From: Curvularia clavata | Taxonomy: Eukaryota | Assembly: GCA_023920165.1 (NCBI GenBank) | Contig: CP089274.1 | Coordinates: forward strand, 5,518,001 to 5,582,000 | Direction of reading: 5' to 3' | Length of the DNA stretch: 64,000 nucleotides | Shown here: positions 36,729 to 49,000 of the stretch, one piece after another | Layout: every line of letters starts with the position of its first letter | Numbering within the stretch: position 1 is the first letter of the stretch | Translations under genes and position numbers: made by a program | Notes under the pieces: model-generated | What the model was told of the DNA's origin: nothing | The model's input: only the letters and a program-made list of their open reading frames with translations | Databases searched by the model: none

Positions 36729-38504
36729 ATGTCCGAGTACAGCTATGCGCCACCTCGGCACCGCAACCGGGAGCCAGAGTATGTGACCGAGACGACCTAC
36801 ATTGAGCGCGGCGGCCGTGGAGGCGCAGTGCGTGATCTCGTCTACCGCCCCGCTGCCCGAGAGGACAGCATCGAAGAGATCCCCCGCGACTTCCCTCCTG
36901 GCACCGAATTCAGGCAGACCAAGTACCGTGAAGAGTATGCGCCTCCTCGTCGCACTCGTTCCGTGAACCGCGGCTATGACGACGACTACTATGACCGTCC
37001 TCGTCATGACCGTCGCCGCGACCGCGACTACGACGACTACTCCGAGTATTCAGAGCGACCTAAGCCTTCCCGCCGCAAATCTATTGTCGATTCAGTCAAG
37101 AACATCGGCGAAGCGGCAGGCTTGGGAGGTATCATCGGCGCTGTCACTGGCCGTTCTCGTTCTCGCTCGCGCTCCCGTGATCGCTCCCGTTCTCGCTACC
37201 GTCGAGACGATCGCGGATACGATAGCGATAGGTACGGTTACCACGATGATCGCCGAAGCCGTTATGGCTCTCGCTCTCGCAGCCGTAGCCGAGACCGAAC
37301 CAAGGAGAAGTGGGAGCAGGCCGCCAAAGCTGCCATCGTCGCAGGTGCTGTCGAAGCCTTCCGCAGTCGCAAAGAACCCGGTCCCTGGACTGGTGCAAAG
37401 GGCCAGCGTGTTGCCACTGCTGCTATTGGCGCCGCTGGTATCGACGGTCTCATCGACAGAGACGGAAAGCACGAGAAGAGGCACGTCGCCGAATCCGCCT
37501 TGGGTGGTCTCGTTGCTTCACGCCTGGCCAACGGTTCTCGATCACGCTCTCGTGCTCGCGGACGCGACAGCTCCAGGTCTCCTTCTCGATCCCGATCTCG
37601 CTCTCGCGCCAGGTCCAGGTCCAGGTCCATCTTCGGACGCTCTCGTTCCCGCGGACGCTCCCGCTCCCACTCCGGCGACCGCAATGGTCTTGCCAAGGTT
37701 GCTGGCACTGGTGCTGTACTTGCTGCAGGCAAGGCTCTCTACGATCGTGTGCGCTCCAAGTCTCGTTCTCGTCGCGAGCGGTCCCGCTCTTCCAGCTCCG
37801 ATAGCTACGTGCCATCACGTAGGGGCAACCGCCGCTCGTACAGCCGAGGCCGCGGTATGGACGACCAGTATTCCGATGCCCCTTCCAGGACTAACACAGA
37901 TCGCAGACTAGCCGCTCCTGCAGGGGCTGGCGCAGGTGCTCTAGCAGCACAGGGCGGAGGAGAAGATCGGGGACGATGGAATGCTAGCAGCGATTCCGAG
38001 TCGTCCACCGATATGGAGGAAAGGCGCAAGAAACTTCGAGGTAAGGAGCTCCTCACTGCGGGTCTGGCTACAGTCGCCACAATCCACGCGGCCCACGGCG
38101 TATACTCTTCCATGGTCGCCTCGGAAAACCGCCGCAAACTCGTCAGCGAAGGCGAAATGTCTCCCGAAGAAGCACGCAAACGAAAATCCAAGAACATGCT
38201 CCAAGACGCCGCTGCCGTGGGTATTGCTGCGCTTGGTATCAAGTCAGCATACTCTGAATGGAAGGAAATGAACGAGCAGCGCCACAGCGTTAAGGAGCTA
38301 GAGGCCCGCCGCCGCAAGAGAAGAAAGGCCCGCGAACGACGAGAGAAGGAAGCCCGCCTCAATGCACTTGGCAACATGAATGGTCCAGGCGCTAATCCGT
38401 ACGCATATCCTGTAGCGGCCAACCAGCCCTATCCCACGTCCTACGCGGATGCCAATCCCTATGGCGCCTCCGTGCCGCCACCGCCCATGGGTGCGAGGTA
38501 CTAG
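36729..38504 (+). CDS. DUF3824-like Arg/Ser-rich fungal protein
   Basis: 591-aa ORF with RS dipeptide runs, 'QRVATAAIGAAGIDG' and 'ELLTAGLATVATIHAAHGVYSSM...GEMSPEEARK'. Probable 5'-UTR intron 36591-36653 (GTACGC...GCTAAC...CAG). Confidence 0.85.
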   Translation: MSEYSYAPPRHRNREPEYVTETTYIERGGRGGAVRDLVYRPAAREDSIEEIPRDFPPGTEFRQTKYREEYAPPRRTRSVNRGYDDDYYDRPRHDRRRDRDYDDYSEYSERPKPSRRKSIVDSVKNIGEAAGLGGIIGAVTGRSRSRSRSRDRSRSRYRRDDRGYDSDRYGYHDDRRSRYGSRSRSRSRDRTKEKWEQAAKAAIVAGAVEAFRSRKEPGPWTGAKGQRVATAAIGAAGIDGLIDRDGKHEKRHVAESALGGLVASRLANGSRSRSRARGRDSSRSPSRSRSRSRARSRSRSIFGRSRSRGRSRSHSGDRNGLAKVAGTGAVLAAGKALYDRVRSKSRSRRERSRSSSSDSYVPSRRGNRRSYSRGRGMDDQYSDAPSRTNTDRRLAAPAGAGAGALAAQGGGEDRGRWNASSDSESSTDMEERRKKLRGKELLTAGLATVATIHAAHGVYSSMVASENRRKLVSEGEMSPEEARKRKSKNMLQDAAAVGIAALGIKSAYSEWKEMNEQRHSVKELEARRRKRRKARERREKEARLNALGNMNGPGANPYAYPVAANQPYPTSYADANPYGASVPPPPMGARY

Positions 38505-39280
38505 GTACCCCCCGTGGTATCGATCTTTTTATGGTGGTCTTTTATTACGTTAGGAGTTGGAATTAGAGACAGTGTTAACTACTTCTTTTTCTCTTAATTT
38601 TCTCTCCAATAAGTTGGGGTGACAACGCGAAGAAAAGAAGGGGAAGATCTTGAGGTTAGCCTCTTATTCTTCTGTTGGCTTGTTTCCTTGTTCCTTTTCT
38701 TTCATTACCTTCTTTTCCAGAAACACATACACACTCTCATACAGATGGATACGATTTGGTTCTTGCGAGGATTCTTTTCGGCACGATTAATGACGGTTGG
38801 ACTGAATGGGCTTTTTACTGGGTTTGAAATGCGCATGATTACGATTAACGACTCCATGATGACTATGTAGATATTAAATGACACGATGAAATTTTTAGTA
38901 TAATATTGTTGACTGCTCTCCCACAAACCGTAAATTGGAAACTCAAACTGAGCTCACCCAAAAGACGAGCTATGTATCAACACAAAGATGATGAATTAAT
39001 GTTACAAGTACGGCTACTTTTTGAAGCAGAGTCAGAAGCGCTAAGAACACAGTAACAATATAGGATTATGGCAACCACAGCTAATTTTCAACTCAATTGG
39101 TTTCACCAGTGTTGAGAAAAGCTCGTTGCACCGTAGAGTGGTGTTTTTATTTGAAAAGCAGACTAGTTTACAAAACTAACTGTAGGAAACTTACGCAGTG
39201 GTTCTCAGGGGAAGCTTCTTCGGCACCAAACCCCTGAAAACAACCACAGCCTCGAAATCAAGTATTCTTTCTGCTCGTCA

Positions 39281-39387
39281 ACCTCCATCTCGACCCGCCC
39301 TTGTCAATCTTCATCTCAGATAAGCGCTTGTAAACTTCCATCTCAGACCCACCCTTGTAAACCTCCATCTCTACCCACCCTCGTTGT
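39281..39387. repeat. Degenerate ~27-nt tandem repeat, 4 copies, in the 3' flank of the F-box gene
   Basis: Units ACCTCCATCTCGACCCGCCCTTGTCA / ATCTTCATCTCAGATAAGCGCTTGTAA / ACTTCCATCTCAGACCCACCCTTGTAA / ACCTCCATCTCTACCCACCCTCGTTG. Confidence 0.8.
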
Positions 39388-39391
39388 GCTC

Positions 39392-41150
39392 CTACTGGGA
39401 CTCAGACTCAGACTCGCCACCCTCGTCTGGTTCGGACTCGCTCTCCTCATCTGGTTCGGACTCGCTCTCCTCATCTGGTTCGGACTCGCTGTCCTCATCT
39501 GATTCAGGCTCGGAATCAGGCTCGTTCTCTGCCCTCTCGACCGCCCAGAGAATGAATGGTCCAACGTAAGGCCTCTGTGGACAGTTAGTAAGTAAAACCA
39601 AATCTCGAAGGATATCTCAGAGGCGAGACGAGGAATAGCACGTACGGAGTTGTGGGATGCGAACCACCAGCGGCCCATGATGACACGATTACCAGGCAAA
39701 ACCACGCCCTCATATGCCCACAGGTCGTCCATCGCGTGGTTGAGGCCGGGTTGATATTCTTTTACCATCGTGAATCGTGACCAGCCAGGAATGTCACCTT
39801 GAGGAGGCAGAGGAGTGACCCAACCGCGAGCCCAAAAGGGGTTACCGTTGTCTACACCCCTGCTCTGGAACATGCGGTTGTCTGCGTCCACAGAGTCGAG
39901 CACCACGAAAGGGGTTGGATCCGGGAACCGACTGCGTTTGGGTTGAGCGTGGAAAGTTTGGGTGTTTCCCTCTAACGAGTACAGCGAGTTGACCTTGCGT
40001 TCGTATTCAGCAGGCCAACGTAATTCACGTCCAGAGGGGAGACGTCCCTGCTCTGCGAACTCGAACTTGATTGTCTGGTAGGACTGTTAGTGAGGATTTG
40101 CTAAAGGGCACAGGGAGTATGTCAACGCACCTGCATTTTGCCTTCTTCGATGTGATAGTCCGCATACGGTCGCCGGCCTGCACCTTCAGCTTGAAGGCGT
40201 GCAATCTGATGGTCGTGAATGTACGCGAACGTACCCCTCCAGTATTTGGTTAGGGTACGAGGGGCAGTACCTGGAGTTACGCGCCAGGCTGAGGGGCGCT
40301 GCTCCAGGGGCAAGGCACCGAACCTGTTGTAGAGAGTAAAGAGCTTTTCCACCATCATGTGATGGCGAAAGAAGTTCATGTTATGCAGAAGCCATTCAAA
40401 GTTCACCTTCGTGAAGCCACCCGTGAAGAGAGGTGCTTGTGCCCTTGACTCGTACACAGCGTACTGAGACTCGTCGAATCTCTCGAATCTGTGTGACATC
40501 TCCGGGGATTGGAGAATGAAATGGAAGCACATGAGCTTGACAGCGCTGATTACTTCTTTCTCTTTGCCAGTCGCATTCCTGGTGGCGCCAGTGCTAGACG
40601 AGAAGTTGTTAAACATCCGGCCATTACGAACGAACTCGATGAGATGAGCTTGGTTGCGGGATATGAGGCGACCTTGCCGATCCAGCTCGGTGGCACCAAC
40701 GAAAGATTCTACACTGGTTAGTACATATACTGGTTCGTTGTGGCATATACGTACCGTTAATCAAACGTCTCAACATGAGGAGAACGCGGGTCTCGTAGTT
40801 GGTAACGATTTGAGAGAAGTTGTACTTGAGGCCGGTATGGAGCATCTTAGCTCGACCTTGATACATCCGACGCCATTGGTCATTGGTATAGAAACCTTGG
40901 AAGTCGTATGTCCTGAGAAATCTACGACGCCAGAGAGATGCTTCCATAACAGCATTATTCGTAGCACGACAGGTGCTGCGAAACGCGATGAGATCTCGGT
41001 CGTCCTCAATGTATACTCCGATAAGTTGGACGATCTGCGAGATAAAATGTCAGCATCAGTCTGAGTGGGCGTCGTGGGCGGGTAGGCTCATACTTCAACA
41101 GGGAGATCCTTGAAGGATATGGTATTTGTCGAACCCTCGATGCTGGCCAT
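39392..41150 (-). CDS. F-box domain protein with acidic repeat tail
   Basis: Exons 41150-41094, 41034-40755, 40708-40131, 40074-39646, 39574-39392, all GT-AG and in frame. F-box-like 'FKDLPVEIVQLIGVYIEDDRDLIAFRSTCR...SLWRRRF'; C-terminal 'WAYEGVVLPGNRVIMGRWW...YVGPFILW'. Confidence 0.88.
39426..39497. repeat. 24-nt coding minisatellite, 3 near-perfect copies, encoding (EPDEESES)n
   Basis: tctggttcggactcgctctcctca x3 with one mismatch, plus degenerate flanking copies. Confidence 0.92.
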
Positions 41151-41224
41151 CTTGGGCGTAAGTGATGAGTGTTGAAGCTTGTTTGTCCTCTTTGACATGA
41201 TAAGAGGGTTGAAGGGAGTGCGGT

Positions 41225-41416
41225 GTAGGACAAGAGTAAAGAGAAGCAAGGCTTGTGCTTGTGCGAGGGTGTAGGACACGAGTAAAGAGAAGAAAGGCGT
41301 GTGTTTGCGTGAGGGTGTATGAGTCGAGTAGGGAGAAGGAAGCAGTGTTTGTGTTTGTATGAGGATGTAGGAGTCGAGTATACAATAGAAAAAAAGGCTT
41401 GCGTTTGTATGAGGAT
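41225..41416. repeat. Degenerate 46-50-nt tandem repeat, 4 copies, in the 5' leader/promoter of the F-box gene
   Basis: Units start at 41225, 41271, 41317, 41367: GTAGGA..GAGTA..GAGAAG..G.TTGTG.TTG....GAGG(G/A)T. Confidence 0.85.
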
Positions 41417-42407
41417 GACGCGGGGGGGAACAATTCGATTGCTCGCGGCCGCACTGATCCAGCCCACGATAAGTGTGAGGGCATAAAGGTTTGATACGCG
41501 GGGACGAGGTCCAAAGCAAACGGCCTATTCAATCTCACTGAACCACTGAGCACGTTGACAGGGGCCCCACAAGGCTCTATGTGGTTTGGCAGGGGTCTAA
41601 AAGTGTTATGGAAGATAGCAGGAGGGAGGATATCATAAATCATGGATGCCAAAGCCCGCGTCAAGCGTTGCGGACGGGTTTGGTGGTGATGGAGAGAGTG
41701 AAGGTCACAGACAGACGCACTGCTGAAGAACTGTCTGTGCTGACACCATCAGGGTACGGTAGGACGTGATGCCGCAGTTAGACACAAAGAAGAGCGGTAT
41801 GCCGTGCAGTAGTCATGGCTGAAGGCGACGATTGTCTGTTGAAAGATGAGGATCGTGTTGGGCTTGATAGAGGTCGTGATTGCTGGCTCTGCACACGGCA
41901 CCCCAGGACGGTAGAATCGACAATATCCTATCTCTTGAGTTGTATAATAGAGAAGGGCGTGCGGTAGTGTACCCTAAATGTAAGTGCCATGCCGGCATGT
42001 CTCAGAAGACAGGCCTGAGATAGTGTTGTTGAGATTTGCTTGGTGTACTGAAATAGCGGCCCAACACTGCCTAGCATAGAATCACATCACTGTAACAGCA
42101 AAAATGCTGGTGTCTGCCTCGTGCATTCAAATGGCAACTGCTGGAGTGTCTGGGACTTAGAGGGTGGCCACAAGATTGCAGTTTTGATGCCACTGTTTCG
42201 GTGTTCACCCTGCACAAGCGCACGTGGACCCACAGGGAGCATCACGCTGTCTACCCAACCACTCCAAGTAATTCAAGAAAAGCGAACGAGCTTCATTTAC
42301 AGACTGAAGCAATGATACAAGACAGGGAAAATATATACTTTCAAGGCCTTGACAAGAATGTCGCGTCACTGTCCAGTCACGCATACACAGAGCCGCCTCT
42401 GTCCTAA

Positions 42408-44002
42408 TCAAACCACAGCACCTACAACAAGCGCCCACAAAGAGACACACAGACTCTCTCTTACCCTCCATCCCCTCGCCGCCAGACTCTGCGTACCCGA
42501 TGACGAGCCTCCTCCTTCACCTGTAGGCGACGCTGCCTGTCCTTCACCCGCCACCCGACTCACATCCGCGACACCGCTCCCATCCTCCTTCGTAACCACG
42601 TAAATCTCTCCCGTAGAATCCGAACTCATATACAACCTACCCTTTGCATCCCAAGCTAGCCCCACAGGACGGAAACAACCGTCTGGACAAGCTGAAAGAT
42701 CAGGGTTGGATACTACATCGGTGGCAGCGGTGGTGCTGTTTGACGGGGCCACAGGCGAGCCGTTTCCATCAAAGGGCACGAGACTGAGCTTGTATCCTGC
42801 AGGATTTTCACGGTTCCTGCCGTAGGAAGAGAGTTAGTAAGTGCTGGGGGGCTCTCTTGTGAGCAGGAGACAAACACATACCATGAGCCGTGCATAGTCA
42901 CCCATGCGGCGGTGCCGTTGGGATTGAACTTGATATCTAGAGGGGCCATGTGGGCTTGGAACGCAAGGCGAGGGGCAACACGATCGTTCTGGCAGAAAGT
43001 GTCGTTGACAGTTGCGTTTTGGTTTCCTATAGCAAATTGTTGGCCCACCGTACCATTGTAGTCGGGGATCTCGGACGTGTTCCAAGCAGTAAAGCAGGAA
43101 GGATATCCGTAGTTGGCGCCCTGGACACTGCTTGTGGTTCCATTGAGATAGCCGTGAAAGTTCATCTCCTCGCCGGGATTATTCTCTTTGATGAGTTGCC
43201 CACTTCGATTTAGGTTGTCAACGCTGTTTTCTACAGAGTAGATGCCGCCTGTCACAGGCTCCTCAGCTATGCCGACTGAATTCCTAAGACCCCAGCCAAG
43301 AAGCATTCCGCTTGGAGCGTGCTCGTAGGCTGAGCTGGTCATGTTGTTCACGTTGAATGCTTTGATGGTAGAGACCCCCGTAGTCACATCCAAAGTCTGA
43401 AGGTCAATGTTGCCTACACTACCACGAGAGACAAGTAGCATACCGGGGACCTTCTGGGACATGAGCAGCGTACGCGTGGTATGTCCCTCATTGTCCCCCA
43501 TTCCCTGGACAATATCGCGGGAATCCGATGTGGTCTTGCCCTGCGAAGCATCATAATCCCAGGCATAGACATTGCTATGGGAAGAGGCATAAAGAGTTTT
43601 TCCATCCTGGGAAAACGCAATGCCATGGTTCAACTGACATTGTTAGTCAAACCTTGACTGCCACCAAACAAGCACACAGACAGCAGCCAAACTCACTGAA
43701 TCATCTTCCACAACATTCTGCACCTGACCTTCCACCTGCACGCACGCCCCATCGCCCGTCAAGGATAGCCTGCTAATTCCGCGGCCCTGCTCTACCACGA
43801 GCAGTCCACCCTGTTGATCGAACAACAGACTACGAGGATCCCGTAGCCCATTAGCCACAACCTCAACACGGAATCCCGGAGCGACCGAAGGCGCAGCCTT
43901 CTGTGGGGCAATGGTCTTTGCGCAGGCTGTGGCTTGCGCCTGTGCCGTTCCTACTACGACGGAGAACGCGCTCAGGCCTGTTACCCAGTGCCTCAGTGAC
44001 AT
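42408..44002 (-). CDS. Secreted glucose/sorbosone dehydrogenase-type beta-propeller (PQQ-dependent, AA12-like) with probable GPI anchor signal
   Basis: Exons 44002-43697, 43633-42882, 42816-42408. Signal peptide; 'LNHGIAFS', 'GHTTRTLLMS', 'GWGLRNSVG', 'NNPGEEMNFHG', 'AHMAPLDIKF', 'CFRPVGLAWD'; Ser/Gly linker plus hydrophobic C-terminus. Confidence 0.9.
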
Positions 44003-46049
44003 TGTTGGATAATCGCCCCCAGATGACGTGAGAACTGCAAGTATTTCGTACACAGATGGCTTGACACCCTTTTTTTTCAGCTATAGGCTCGTATAAGAGG
44101 AACCCTGGGCGCCCGACGAAAGGGATGTGGGAGCTAAGCTGCAAAAAGCAAGACACAGGATTATGCTTATCAGAGAGGAAATTTTTCTATTCGACGTTGG
44201 CTTGGTGGATTACTCGTTTCCGGTGAGCAGAATCACGATACGATATGTGTCGCGCATTCCCGTCGCCTTTGCTTAGTAGCAACGTCCAAGCCGCGGTACA
44301 CGTCATTGATCTGGCGATGATTTGAAAGGGGCGGGGTCGCTGGTTTGACTAAGGCCGCAATGTACCAAGCCATTGGACACTACGGACTCTGGATGCCGTG
44401 CACGGAACCGCGTAGCGTTGCAACGGCCGTGTCGCTCATGGTTGTGATGAGCAGCGGCGCGTTTTGGGACAAGGCTTGCCAAGTTGAAGATGATCTCGCT
44501 GCACGGCATCTGCGGCTACTTACTTGTGGGCGAATACGAAGCACGCACATGCTTGCGGGGAAAGGCGGAATCCACTTCCAAGAATGGCCTTTGGTAGGGT
44601 GCAAGAAAAGTCTTACATGTTACAAAAACAGGAATATGCAAGCCCAGAAAGACTAAGCAGGAAAGTGTTGCATGTATACTGCCGGATTTGCCGCCAATGT
44701 CGGCCGTACGGCCGAACATGCAACATCGGGGCTGTTTTCTCTGCTGCTGGCTGAATTGTCATTATAGCCCTCAGATATGGCCGTGGTGGAAATTGAGTGA
44801 GACGTGCGGTCCCCGTGCTCACTCACGGACGGGGGAAAGGGAGGCCTGCCTTGTTTTATGTATCGCATGTCAAAAATTGTGATTGCACCCGGACTGTTCT
44901 CCGCATCCTCGCCCGTCTGGTTTCCCGCTCGGGCGGATCCGAACGCGACGCGGCATGCAGAGACGATCAGCCTGATGATTCTGATTACTCTAATGTACAT
45001 GTGTACTACTTACATACTACACAGTAAGCGGACGGTACCTGCGTGCTAACAAACCCAAAATGGCATGTGAGCAAGGCGGCAGTAGCGTGTGATTCGCTTC
45101 ATCCACCTGCATAAATTAGTCCCAACAACGGCTCGGAGGCACTGGTTGACAGCATCCAGAAATGTTACCTGGACCGTGGACGAACATCGTTTGAATATCC
45201 CAGTCGGTCACGGATCGGATATAACCTGACTTGTAACAGGACAACAAAAGTGCCGGGTCCACAGCGGCTGTTTTGTGCACAGAGGGAATTTGCACGGTTG
45301 CCAGGGACAACACTCATGGTCTCGGGCCGCAGGATTCTCAGACGCTCGGTCAACTTGTAGAAATTACATCATCTTTGCAAGGGCATTGTCAAAGAGAGCT
45401 AGCGTTACAATGCTGTGTGTATTCCTGTCCTGCCAGACAGATCGAGGCCGTCGTGTATCAATGCTATGATTTTTGGACAAACTCCTAATGTGGTGCAATA
45501 GACCATAGGTCCAAGACCAGAAGGAAAAAAAGGCAACAAAGGAAACAAACAAAAGAACCCCAACCCGCTTTTTGTACATGATGCAGACTGATAAGAAAAC
45601 GGCTCGCAAATGGCGCAGCAGTAAACCTTTCCTGCTCCGTGACACTACCTCCATGATCCCAAAGGAAACTGCTTGTCCTTGATACGCCGTGGTTTTCGAT
45701 TAAACAAAATCCGAGCATACTCGATGGTTGCTCTTCGTAGCATCTGTGTCTCCTCGTACTCCGCCTGCATCCTGGCTGGGGGGTATGCTGCAAATTATGC
45801 AAAATGACATGGCAAATGCGCTATCGCTTCACGTACAGTCCCTGATCTGTACCTGAGAGTCGACAATGGCGAAAATTAATACAGGGTAATAGGTGATGGG
45901 AGCCGGTGCTCCATCGTCGCTCGAACGCTTTGATTCAAGTGGGAAAATTCCAGAAGAAAACCTCTCGTTTCTCTGCCATAACTCTTGTCCTGGGGAGCGT
46001 GGCCAGCACCAAAGAAATCATGCTCCATCGCAGGGTCGTCGTCACCAGC

Positions 46050-49000
46050 CTACATGACTGTCATGAGCTTCATCTGAGCCGCAAGATCCGCGTCTGCTTG
46101 AAACATCTTGTCACGTTGTGTTTCCTCATTCATCGGGCTTGCAAGTGGGCTCGAGTACAAGCCTTCTGCATCCCTGATAGTCTCTTTGACTTTGCGCGTC
46201 AGTGAGCTAACATATGGGACAATTCGTCGCAGTGTGGCGGTATCAAACGGAACCTTCTTTGAAGAAGGCGTGGGTGGTGTATCCAATAATGGTTCGTGTA
46301 CGCTCCTCCTCTTCTGCAGTGCTTCAATTACAGAACGTGCTTTAGCTTCAGAGTCTTTACGTGGCCGCGTGAGAGCGGCTTTGATATCGTGATTTACATG
46401 ATTAGTGTCAAAAAGAGATTGAGGTGGTGCCGGAGACGACTGAGGGGCAAAAATGTCGTCGTTTGGCGGAAGAATCGACTTTCGGGGGTGCGGCGACGGC
46501 ATGGGGCTCTTCCTAACCTCTTGCTCCGGCGTTTCGGACTTGTTTCTTCCTCTACCATGGCTGGGGCTGGGAGTAGGTTCTTCGAAACCGTCGTCGTCGA
46601 AACCAGGTGTTGAAGGTGGTGTAACATGGGCGACGTCCTGATGGCCAGCTTCCTGATCAGCAAGGTCGATCATGGCATCCACCTCTTCCCATGTGCTGGA
46701 ATGCGGTCCATCGATGATACCAAGAGCCACAGCGCGTGTGCGGTGCTCTTTGAGTTCTTCTATTAGCAGGCCCCACTCTCGTAGCAGACCAATGTTAGCT
46801 AGAACATTGTTCTGCTGCTCTTGTATACTCTTTGGCACCACCATGGACGTGCCGCTGTCTACCCTAGGCGAAGCGTCGCCCTCCTCAATTGTCTCCCCGT
46901 TCAGCTCGGTAAAGTCAAAGTCGTCGTTCCAGTCTTCGGTTACGCCTTTGCTTCCAACACCCCAGGTACCAAACTTGTTGGTGACGACTGTGTTACGCTT
47001 GCCAGTCAGGTCAGGAACCACAGGTACGCTTTGGCTGCGGGCGTGTAACCCGCTCGACACCCGTCGTCCAACCGAACGACTGCCTCTACGGTCTGCATCC
47101 TTCTTGCCGTGCACCGTCCGAGGACGTGGCGGCGTGCAGTTGCCCGAGTTCTTGTCTGCAAGCTGCTGTTCAGACCAATCAAAGATGCTGCTGCGGGTGT
47201 CTCTATCACCAAACTCTGTAGTGAGATGGTGAGGCGTAGTGGGCTTGGATGCCAGACCCGGGGGGAGACGGTGCGCGTTTAGTGCGAAATGCGACACAGT
47301 TGAGGTTGAGTGGTTGGTTGTGGGAGGATCGATCCACGGGTCTTCAGGGTCTGCCTCCTCTAGTGACCACCGGCTGCTATCGTCGTCGTCGTCGTTGTTT
47401 CCGGGTCTTGAGTCCCATTCCAAGGTACCAAGCGACAGCGGCTTGGGCATGCTCGAGGACGTTGACGAGACAGTATTGGAGAACAGCGGAGCGCCTCGTG
47501 TCCGTCCACAACTAGGCGATTCTTGCGACGAGCGGTCGGGTCGCACTGTCCGTACGGGCGTAGTGGTGTTTTCTTCTTCCTCGGCGATGCTCTGATGGCC
47601 GGCAGCACCATGGATGGTATGATCCCCAAGGGAACCTGGTGGGAGGAGATCGCGCAGAGCAGTGACCTTGACCTTGGAGGGGGGTGATTCGTCAAAAATC
47701 GTCTCTATTCGAGGGCCTCGGGCGCCGCCCGATGTACTTCTTGTTGCGCCAGTGCGCAGCGAATCAAAGCACGTTTCGCTATGGACGTCAGCGTCGTCGT
47801 CGTCGCCAAACCCTAAGCCGCGAAGTTCATTATCAGACGAGCCGACCAATGTGGAGGCTTGTTCTGAGGGGGCCATCGAGTGACGCGAGACCCGAACGCC
47901 CGATTGCGCTAGAGTAGGGGATGGTGGCGCCTGATTGGCGCCCAGTGCGGCTGAGGGACCCTCGAGGTGCTGAGGCATTGACGCCAAGCCTTCGACAGGA
48001 AGCGTGCCGGCACTCACACGACGAGCCGCCAGTGTGGGCGAAGGCGTTGCCCATGAGCCGCCTTGGAGCCCGTTGTGTGCTGATCCCACATCGGTCGGCC
48101 CGGCGGACGTAGCGATGGCGCGCCTAGCAGCAGCCAGGGCGGGTTCAGTGACATGGCGGTCGGCCTCTCCATACGACGTGCTGTGGGGTCGCCTGTTCAT
48201 CGTGCGAAGAACGGGTGCTGAGTAGACCCGCTGGCTCGCCCGGCGTGAAAGCGTCGGTCTTGATGCACCTGCGGCTGTCAAGTGCTTTTTGGATAAGGAA
48301 AGAAAGTCTGTGAAAGAGAAGCGCTTGGTCCGCGTTGCATCGTCGGCTTCATCTGTGGAGGGTCGGCTGCCGGTATGCGTGCTCTCTTTGGTAGCAAACG
48401 CGGCTATGCTAAATGGGGTTTCTGGTCGGCTCACCGAGAATATGCTGTCGCTGTCATCGCTCGAGGAATCGTCCAGTTCAGGCGTGGCTGCAGTAACTGA
48501 TCTCGCAAGCACAAGTGTAGGCAAGTGCTTGTCGTCTGGTAGTATCCTCTTGAAACTGCCTCTGAGTGTGGTCGAACCTTTCTTCTTGGTTACTGTCCGC
48601 TCTCTTGTAATCTTTGCTGTAAAATACTGCGTATATTCAAACTGACAGTCTGGGGACGGGGACGGTGAGTACACAGACTCCCTAGTCGCCGACTCGTCGA
48701 CCGTCCTCTGCGACCGCGCGTCATCGTTGCGGGCTTGGTGGGCGTACAGGGCTGCTGCTCGTTGGTGGCTTGTGGCTGGACGACGGAACGAAGGGCGGAG
48801 AGTGGCAGCGCCTTGGGGAGGTGCTTGTCCAGGTGCGCGTACAGAGGACGAGCGCTTGACTAGGCGATTTCGCGATGTGGATGAAGTAGAGGGTCTGCCA
48901 AACACGGGGGCAGTTGAGCCGTCCTGGGAGAAGGCCATTGAGCCATTGGAACATGAGACGGCGGGCGAGAGAGGCGCTGGGCTGGTAGGTCGGCTCGAAG

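Noticed and set aside
36976..37911. 311-aa alternative-frame ORF inside the DUF3824-like gene
   Set aside because: By-product of RS-repeat codons read in another frame.
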